Shown: piece by piece, positions 55,790 to 64,000 of the stretch
How the letters are laid out: each line of letters starts with the position of its first letter
Numbering within the stretch: position 1 is the first letter of the stretch
Origin: Eledone cirrhosa
Taxonomy: Eukaryota
NCBI GenBank assembly: GCA_964016885.1
Contig: OZ024763.1
Location: 22,072,001-22,136,000, forward strand
Length of the DNA: 64,000 nt
Reading direction: 5' to 3'
The notes under the pieces: model-generated
The model's input: the letters and a program-made list of their open reading frames with translations, nothing else
Databases searched by the model: none
What the model was told of the DNA's origin: nothing
Position numbers and translations under genes: made by a program

Positions 55790-56410
55790 GGAAGTACCCA
55801 GGGGTACTTTAAGAAGCCCTACAGATTCTAGAGCACCACCCTCCAGGGGTATTTTAAGGATCACCACAGATCCTTGAGAATCAGCCCAGGGGTTAATTTA
55901 AGGAACTTCACAGATCCTACTGTACCACCACCCCCACCCCAGGAACAGTAATTTAAGGAACACCACAAATTCTAGAGTACTACCCAGGGGTAATTTTTTA
56001 AAAACCACAGATCCAAGAGCACACCCCACAGACAGCACTACCACCACATTCTCCAGAGGTAATTAAGGAATCTCAAAGATCCAGGAGTACTACCCAGGGG
56101 TAATTTAAAGAGCTCCACAAATCCTAGAGAACCACTCCAGGGGTATTTTAAGGACCTCCACAAATCCTAGAGAAAAACCCCAAGGGTTAATTTAAGGAAA
56201 CTCCACAGATCCAGGAGCACACCCGCAGACAGAGCACTATCTCCACATCCCCCACGGGTAATTATGGAATCTCACAGATCCAAAAGTACCGCTCCAGGAG
56301 TAATTTAAGGAACACCACAGATCCTAGAGCACCACCCAGGGGTATTTTAAGGACCTCCACAAATTCTAGAGAACCACCCCAGGGGTTAATTTAAGGAAAC
56401 ACCACAAATC
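55790..56410. repeat. ~40-bp minisatellite just upstream of FAM187A-like exon
   Basis: Unit approx. cccaggggtaatttaaggaactccacagatcctagagcacca. Confidence 0.88.
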
Positions 56411-56496
56411 CAAGAGAAACACTCTGATTATCAAGGGCTCCGTAGGCAAGCACTCCTTCTCCCACTTTATGTGGATTTTCAGAAAATAGGGGCACA

Positions 56497-56894
56497 ATGA
56501 AGGATATTCATTGTTTGTCAATTTTAGTTGGGACTTGTTTTGTTATTTTACTGGCAGAGATGAGAAACAGCGTTTGCGAGGCGAAGTTTAAGGGCAGTGG
56601 GAGCAAAAACGCAAGCAACACTGAAACTGAAAGTGAAGAGCAACTGTGGCTTGAAACGACAGAGAAACCAGGGAAGAAGACTTCGAAAATAGCCAACAAA
56701 TTAGTGTCAAGAAAACATTTTGGTGAAGACAGTATGAACAACGATGACACCAGCCAACCGCCATACACCATCGTAAATGACATACTGGACAAATACTACA
56801 ATTGTTTAAAGAGAAGCCACACTCAGCACAGACATATCTTTCAAACTTATATTGTAACGCCTGGGCAGAGATTGCTCCTGCCATGTCACCAATG
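56497..56894 (+). CDS. FAM187A: FAM187A-like Ig-domain protein, first coding exon (signal peptide)
   Basis: MKDIHCLSILVGTCFVILLA hydrophobic N-terminus ... LLLPCHQ(C) first Ig cysteine; acceptor ttttcag just upstream; donor TG|gtaagt, phase 2. Confidence 0.8.
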
Positions 56895-57167
56895 GTAAGT
56901 CTGTGTGTGTGTGCGTGTTATAAACATATATATATTCTTGGGCAGATCTCTTATATATATATATATGTGTGTGTATATGTGTATGAAAAGAGTCAGGACT
57001 CTGACAGCTGAGCTCTGGCTGTTTCGACAGCTAGATCCGAGCTGTCAAAGCATGGCCGGAGCTCAGTCGTCGGGGTCCTGACTCTTTTGCTATTACCCAA
57101 TCTACTACCCTAACTATCGAGTACTCTGGTGCGTTATGGTCCACCTTCTTCCTTACCACACTTTCTT

Positions 57168-57708
<541 letters not shown>

Positions 57709-57765
57709 GAGTCCAGAATTAGCCGTCGAAACGGCTTGAGCTCAGCTGTCGGGGTCTTACTGGTT

Positions 57766-57830
<65 letters not shown>

Positions 57831-57885
57831 ATTAAACATTATTCAACAGAGTAGATATATATGCATAATATATATGCACATATAC

Positions 57886-58048
57886 ATCATCATTATTTGA
57901 CGTTCGCTTTTCCCTGCTTGCAAGGGTGGAATGGGTCCTATTCAACACAGCATCTCTACACTTGTCACGGTCCTTCGTCATCTCCTCTGTCAGCTTCAGC
58001 AATCTGAGGTCTGCTCTCACCCCCTCCACCCATGTTTTTCGTGGTCTT
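57886..58048 (-). mobile_element. RTE LINE family B 3' end fragment
   Basis: DLRLLKLTEEMTKDRDKCRDAVLNRTHSTLASREKRT with (ATG)n-like tail; fused back-to-back to family A fragment. Confidence 0.88.
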
Positions 58049-59154
58049 CATTTTATGTCCCAAATACAAACTATGGGTACATAAAAGATGTAGTGGGATC
58101 ACAGGTAAGCTATCTAAGAACGTAGATTTTATATGTAGCCGATGCTCAGGTGCAATAAGTAGCAAGTGCTCACAGGATACTAGCTCCTTCTACTGCCCAG
58201 ATGGTTCTATATAAATAGTGGACACTTTCCGTTACCTGGGTGACAAAATCAGCAGTGGTGGAGGGTGCTCTGAAAGTACAGTAGCTAGAGTCAGAACGGG
58301 ATAGAAAAAGTTCAGAGAGCTTATACCGCTGTTGGCCACAAAAGGTTTCTCTCTGAAAATGAAAGGCAGATTGTATGATGCTTTTATATGAACAGCAATG
58401 TTACATGGCGGTGAGACATGGGCATTGTGTGCAGAGGACCTGCGCAGACTGGAAAGGAACGAAGCATGCATGCTCCATATAGTAATATACACGAAGTGAG
58501 AAATTAGGAATAAGAGGGAACAGATGCTCTTTACTCGAGAGAAGACTACGTTGGTATGATCATGTGATGCGCATGAAAGACGACAGCTGTATAAAAAAGT
58601 GCAGAGCGATCAAAATTGATGGTAGTTACAGAGTAGTTAGACCCAGAAAAACCTGGGACAACATGATATATTCCGACCTTGCACACTTGCACCTCTCTAA
58701 GACAATGTCACTGGATCGAGATCTTTGGCGGCACGCAGTAATACAGAAGACCCGCCTTCCCTACGTGCAAAGTTAACCTACAGTCAGTAGACCCCTCCAA
58801 ACCAAAGATACACCCCAACTCCATCCACCCACTCCCGCCAACACCACCCTTTCTCTATAAAATTATGTTCGTACCACAACATCCAGTCCAAACAAATGAG
58901 GTCGTGTAAGTGTCACGACAAAAAAACACACAGTCCATGCTGTAATGTGGTCAAGTAGTTAACACAGTAAAAAGCTCCCAGTCCACACTGTAAATGTGGT
59001 TGGTGTTAGGAAGGGCATCCAGCCATAGAAAACCTGCCAGATAGTCCTATACGAGTCAGACACGGACACCCGACCAATCTTGCCTCAAGTGGGACAATTC
59101 TCGTCTAACCCATGCTAGCGTGGAAGATGAACATTTAAACAATGATGATGATGA
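58049..59154 (+). mobile_element. RTE LINE family A 3' fragment with 3' UTR
   Basis: Homologous to the reverse complement of ~51781-52908; contains stops and deletions. Confidence 0.9.
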
Positions 59155-59205
59155 TATATATACATTATATATATACATGATATATATATACATTATATAT
59201 ATATA

Positions 59206-59458
59206 TCATCATCATCATCATCGTTTAACATCTATCTTCCACGCTAGCATGGGTTTAGACGGGAATTGTCCCACATGAGGCAAGATTGGTTGTCTTGCTC
59301 CTATAGGACTGTCTGGCAGGTTTTCTACAGCTGGATGCCCTAACACCTACCACATTTACAGTGTGGACTAAGAGCTTTTTACTGTGTTACCTACACAACC
59401 ACATTACAGCATGGACTGTGTGTTGATTTTCTTTTGTTGTGACACCTACACGACCTCA
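59206..59458 (-). mobile_element. RTE family A 3' UTR fragment
   Basis: Matches 51781-52040; tail-to-tail with 58880-59154. Confidence 0.82.
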
Positions 59459-59621
59459 TATATATATATAGGTTAACTTTGCCTTTCATCCTTACGGGGT
59501 CGATAAAATAAAGTACCAGTAATGTAATGGGTAATTGCTGGCCTTGTGCCAAAAATAGAAACAATTATATATATATATATATGTATATATATATACATAC
59601 ACACATAATATATAAAAGGTA

Positions 59622-59933
59622 AAAACCATGGTATTTGCACCTAGAAAGTTCCCCTCTGAGGCACAAGTCCAGGCAAGGTTGTTTGTGGAAGACCAGCAGT
59701 CACCCATACATACCAGTCTCCCCTCTCCACGCCACTGATGTTGTCCAAGAGAAAGGCAATGACCGATACAGCTTGGCACCAGTGACATCACAACTCATTT
59801 CTACAGCTGAGTAAACTGGAGCAACGTGAAATAAAGTGTCTTGCTCAAGGACACAACACAAAGCCCACTCCAAGAATCAAACTCACAACCTCATGATTGT
59901 AAGCCTGATGCTCTAACCACTAAGCCATGCGCC
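59622..59933 (-). mobile_element. tRNA-derived SINE (same head, different tail)
   Basis: ggcgcatggcttagtggttagagc head, gtgttgtgtccttgagcaagacacttta segment; related copy at 43061-43280 (+). Confidence 0.8.
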
Positions 59934-59946
59934 TTCACACAATATA

Positions 59947-59989
<43 letters not shown>

Positions 59990-60153
59990 ATGTGTGTATA
60001 TATGTATATAGATAGATATATGTATATGTATACACACACACACACATATATAGATAGATATATGTATAAACACACATGTATATACACATATACACACACA
60101 CATATATATGTGTGTGTATGTGTGTATATGTATATAGATAGGTATATGTATAT

Positions 60154-60186
<33 letters not shown>

Positions 60187-61623
60187 TATGTATAAACTCA
60201 CATATATATACACACATACACACACATATATATATATATATATGCGAGTGTGTGTATGTATATACACACATATATAAACACATACACACACTAACATATG
60301 TGTATGCGTGTGTGTGTACATGTGTGTGTATTTATTGTAATGCGTTACTGCCATACAGCTGAGCTCAGTATGGACTCCTGAGGGAGCCAGAGATGTGCTG
60401 TTTTGACATGCAGCATTTCTAGGGTATTTTAAAACCTGGCAGAGCCCATCTCCTCTCCAGGTCTGAACACAGCAGAATTTTTCCAGAGAAGGAAAGAGAG
60501 AGAGAGAGAAAGGAAGTGAGAAAGTGATATAGAGGAATAATTGAGCCCCAGTACTAAACTGGTACTATTTTAGTTATCAACCTTGAAAAGATGAAAGGTG
60601 AAGTTGACCTCAGGGGAATTTGGACTCAGAGAGCAGAGAGTCAGAACCAATACTGCAATGCAAAGCATTCTATTCGATGTTCTAACAACACTGGTACTTT
60701 TCTTATCTATACACACACACACATTAAATATATATATATATATATACATATATATAATATTAAGGATACTATTTATGGTTATGTATATATTAAAACTTTT
60801 TATAGTTATGTATATTTTAAACCATAAATAGTGAAGGACAGTAATTTATTACTACCTTATTACCAGTAAGATAAATAGCTCAATGTAATAACATCAGTTG
60901 TTCTACAGAGCAGTTATATAGAAATTACAAGAATCAAAGCTATGTTCAAAGCATTTATTCACTTACAATTGTTTCATCCAAACCTAGGCTTGGAGTCTTC
61001 AGAGCATTTTTCAATGTTTGTACACATAATTGACCTCCTTTCCAACGCAAGAGACATACAGATACATATATATATATTGATGTACAGTGGAGTGACATAT
61101 ATTATACTATACTATCTTTGTACAGCAATTCAAATTCCAAATCAAAATCAAAATCAAAATTAAAATAAAAATCAAAATTAAAATACATTCGGCAGATAAC
61201 ACAGATAATGCAAGAGGATAGTTTGATAGTCAGATTTAGTAGGTAGTGTATGCGTTAGTTACACATGGAGCATGCAAGTGTGTCTCATTTATATACGATT
61301 ATTGTGTGGCAGGGTGTTACATGTAATGCAAGCACTTTAAGCGGGTAAGTAAGATTATTATGGTGGTTGTAGTGGTAGGGTATTTTTTGTATAGAACAAA
61401 AAAATATGTGTGCAGAAAAATAAAAATAAAAAGAATATATATATATATAATATATATAATATATATATATGTATAATAAGGGTTGACGGACCCACCATAT
61501 TTATCAATGCCAGTACCGGTTGTATTTCAGCGCACTCAATGGGCAATGTAAGATACATTACCAGAGTATACACATAGTTATTTGCCTCAACACAACACAC
61601 ATAAAACGGGTTCCTATAAGGTT

Positions 61624-61733
61624 CCCGGACTTGAGTTTCTGCCGCACTAATGCAGCAGTAAGGTGCACTGCACCATCTGTCTGCATATATTATGCAACAA
61701 TGCACAATCGGCTTATGCGGCTTCATCAGCGGG
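61624..61733 (-). ncRNA. Type I hammerhead ribozyme motif with ~80-nt branched stem II
   Basis: CCCG-CTGATGA-AGCCGCA...TGCGGCA-GAAAC TCAA GTC-CGGG; GUC triplet. Confidence 0.7.
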
Positions 61734-61931
61734 TATCGCCTAATCAATAACCAATCGATCGACAGAATCCAAACACCGGCCCATGCCGGTCATGACTGTT
61801 TGTGACAACCGACACGGTAAAGCGATTAGCAACTGGCAACCGATAGGACTCTATGTCTCAACTAGCCACTGATTTACAAATTTTACATGGGGACGGGAAG
61901 CTAAAAAGAATCAATCTTTTAGTTCCTGTCA

Positions 61932-61976
<45 letters not shown>

Positions 61977-62168
61977 GAATTACTTTATACTATATATATA
62001 TAGTATAAAGAAAGTAATTTGTTTCCAAATATGAAAACAGGTAGTTATATCTTATTTAATTCTGAGGATTCCTTATATTGAGCTCTTAATATTAAGGATT
62101 AAACATATGTAAATAAAAATGTGATATAGTTAGCAGTGTTTCGTTTTAATCTTCAAAGTATATATATA

Positions 62169-62202
<34 letters not shown>

Positions 62203-62336
62203 GGAATTTCTGGAGTCCAGAAATAGCCGTCGAAACGGCTTGAGCTCTGCCGTTGGGTCATACATTTTCCTATTACCCACTCTACTACCCTAAGTATTGA
62301 GTACTCTGGTGCGTTATGGTCCATCTGGTTCCTTAC

Positions 62337-62377
<41 letters not shown>

Positions 62378-62378
<1 letters not shown>

Positions 62379-62773
62379 GGAGGGCAATCTCAAAAGTAAG
62401 GTCTCCTTCCGATATTGCAACTTTTCCGTTAAAATCCTGTGGATGGTGCTTTCGCAAACCTCAGGAACCAAAATGCAGAGAGCATCCAGAGTGATCCGCC
62501 CATCATTACGCATGTTTTCCTCGGAAGGAGACCTTACTTTTGGGATTGCCCTCGTATATAATAACTGCGCGAAATTCGCACTCGGCGGTAGCGTTCAACG
62601 GGAGCTCCATTCTCAACGGGTGCCAAGCCAAGATTGAGCCACCCGGCGAAGCACGCGCATGCTTGTTTGGGAGTGAAGGAAGCACCAATCACAACAGTGT
62701 TGCCAACAGCCGTACGAACAGTTTCTCTGCGTCCCCATCGCTTTGGAGACCTTACTTTTGGGATTACTCTCAT
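62378..62773 (-). mobile_element. Rearranged mariner element with three TIR copies
   Basis: TIR gagggcaatc.caaaagtaaggtctcc at 62380-62406, inverted copies at 62527-62554 and 62745-62772; transposase remnant [31 protein letters not shown]. Confidence 0.85.
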
Positions 62774-63116
62774 GTATATATATATATATATATTTTTTTT
62801 TTTTTATATATATATATATGTATATATATGTATATATATTTATATATATGTATATATATTTATATATATGTATATATATATGTATATATATTTATATATA
62901 TGTATATATATATGTGTATATATATATTTATATATATATATATATATTTATATATATGTATATATATATGTATATATATTTATATATATGTATATATATA
63001 TGTGTATATATATATTTATATATATATATGTGTATATATATATTTATATATATATATATATGTGTATATATATTTATATATATGTGTATATATATTTATA
63101 TATATATATATATGTG

Positions 63117-63149
<33 letters not shown>

Positions 63150-63154
63150 TTCAG

Positions 63155-63392
63155 TTTTAAACCAGGGGCCACACAGCATGTGAAGGAGGTGGTGAAGTGG
63201 AAACATTTACAACAGGAGGGGACACTTCTCTCTCATGTACAATCAAAAGGGAACTACAAAATCAATGATAACCGAGACTTGATCATCAAAGCCATAAACA
63301 GTGAGGATGATGGCTACTATTACTGTGTGAATAGTGATCAATATGAGGCCGTTCACCAAATAACTACAGTGACAAACAGACAAATTCACACA
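63155..63392 (+). CDS. FAM187A: FAM187A-like exon 2, Ig V-type domain
   Basis: tttcag|T completes TGT; [15 protein letters not shown]...[17 protein letters not shown] (Ig W and DxGxYxC motifs); donor ACA|gtaaat. Confidence 0.85.
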
Positions 63393-63722
63393 GTAAATAT
63401 AGTGATTTTTCCCTTGCCTATTTTTTGCTGGCCTTTTTCTTTACTTGTTCCCTTGCCTATTTTTTCCTGGCCTTTTTTTTTACTTTTTCGCTTGCCTATT
63501 TCTTCCTTGCCTTTTTTGCCTTAGTTTTTTCTTGTCTTTTTTCCTTGCCTTTTTTGCTGTACTTTTTCTTGCCTTTTTCTCCCCCTTGCTTTTTCCTTGC
63601 TTTTTTCTTGTTTTTTCCTTTTTATTTTTTTTTTTTTGCCTTACTTTTTTCTTATTTTTTCTTATTTTTTTCTTGTGTTTTTTTCCTTGCTTTTCTCCTT
63701 GTCTTTTTTTCCTATCTGCCAG

Positions 63723-63872
63723 GTTATTGAAAACAACACAAGAAACCTGCTTCCATTACAGAACCTGGTAGAAAATAATTTGAAAGTGTTCAGCAGCTGG
63801 TCAAGCTGGAGCAAGTGCAGTGAGTGTGGCAAGGAAGGATTCTGGAAAAAAGTTGGTCTGTGTTCAGTGTCG
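63723..63872 (+). CDS. FAM187A: FAM187A-like exon 3, TSP1-like Cys/Trp segment
   Basis: tgccag|VIENNTRNLLPLQNLVENNLKVFSSWSSWSKCSECGKEGFWKKVGLCSVS|gtaatt; matches recalled FAM187 motif LxVFTxxWxWTPCDRCGxRGEQWRIGLC; gene continues beyond window. Confidence 0.82.
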
Positions 63873-64000
63873 GTAATTAACTGATTAATACTTGTTCGTT
63901 AAAGCCAACGTTAAACCCTTACATTCCATAACACCAACACCAATATCAACATTGATATTGACCTCATAGGAAGAAGTAATTTATAGAATTTCACCCTTTC

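Noticed and set aside
62055-62118. Hammerhead CTGAGGA-TTCCTT...AAGGAT-TAAAC ATAT GTA
   Set aside because: GAAA core reads TAAA and stem I is weak; counted only as a degenerate copy

Overview
Eukaryotic, extremely microsatellite-rich (TA/CA/TACA/ATG/AAC) animal DNA; the SINE, RTE-LINE and microsatellite content points to an octopus (cephalopod) genome (inference). Almost all ORFs in the supplied track are microsatellite artefacts. Two real spliced genes can be assembled by hand: (1) the C-terminal part of an EPS15/EPS15L1 endocytic adaptor on the minus strand (11 phase-compatible exons, 47820 to 20974: coiled coil, DPF repeats, proline-rich segment; EH-domain exons must lie beyond 64000), and (2) a FAM187A-like Ig-domain gene on the plus strand (exons at 56497, 63155, 63723) nested antisense in a >16 kb EPS15 intron. 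The rest is RTE LINE fragments (ORF2 carries a C4HC3 PHD-like finger), tRNA-derived SINEs, mariner/Tc1/piggyBac-like MITEs, a Helitron end and minisatellites. The most striking unannotated signal is a dense set of type-I hammerhead ribozyme motifs (about 10 with intact CUGANGA/GAAA/NUH core, several more degenerate) in several unrelated 100-470 bp non-coding element families. They mostly sit next to (TA)n tracts, often as long fold-back pairs with one ribozyme per strand, and some have unusually long stem II insertions: a Penelope-pLTR/retrozyme-like system. All structures were read by eye; no folding or database search was run.
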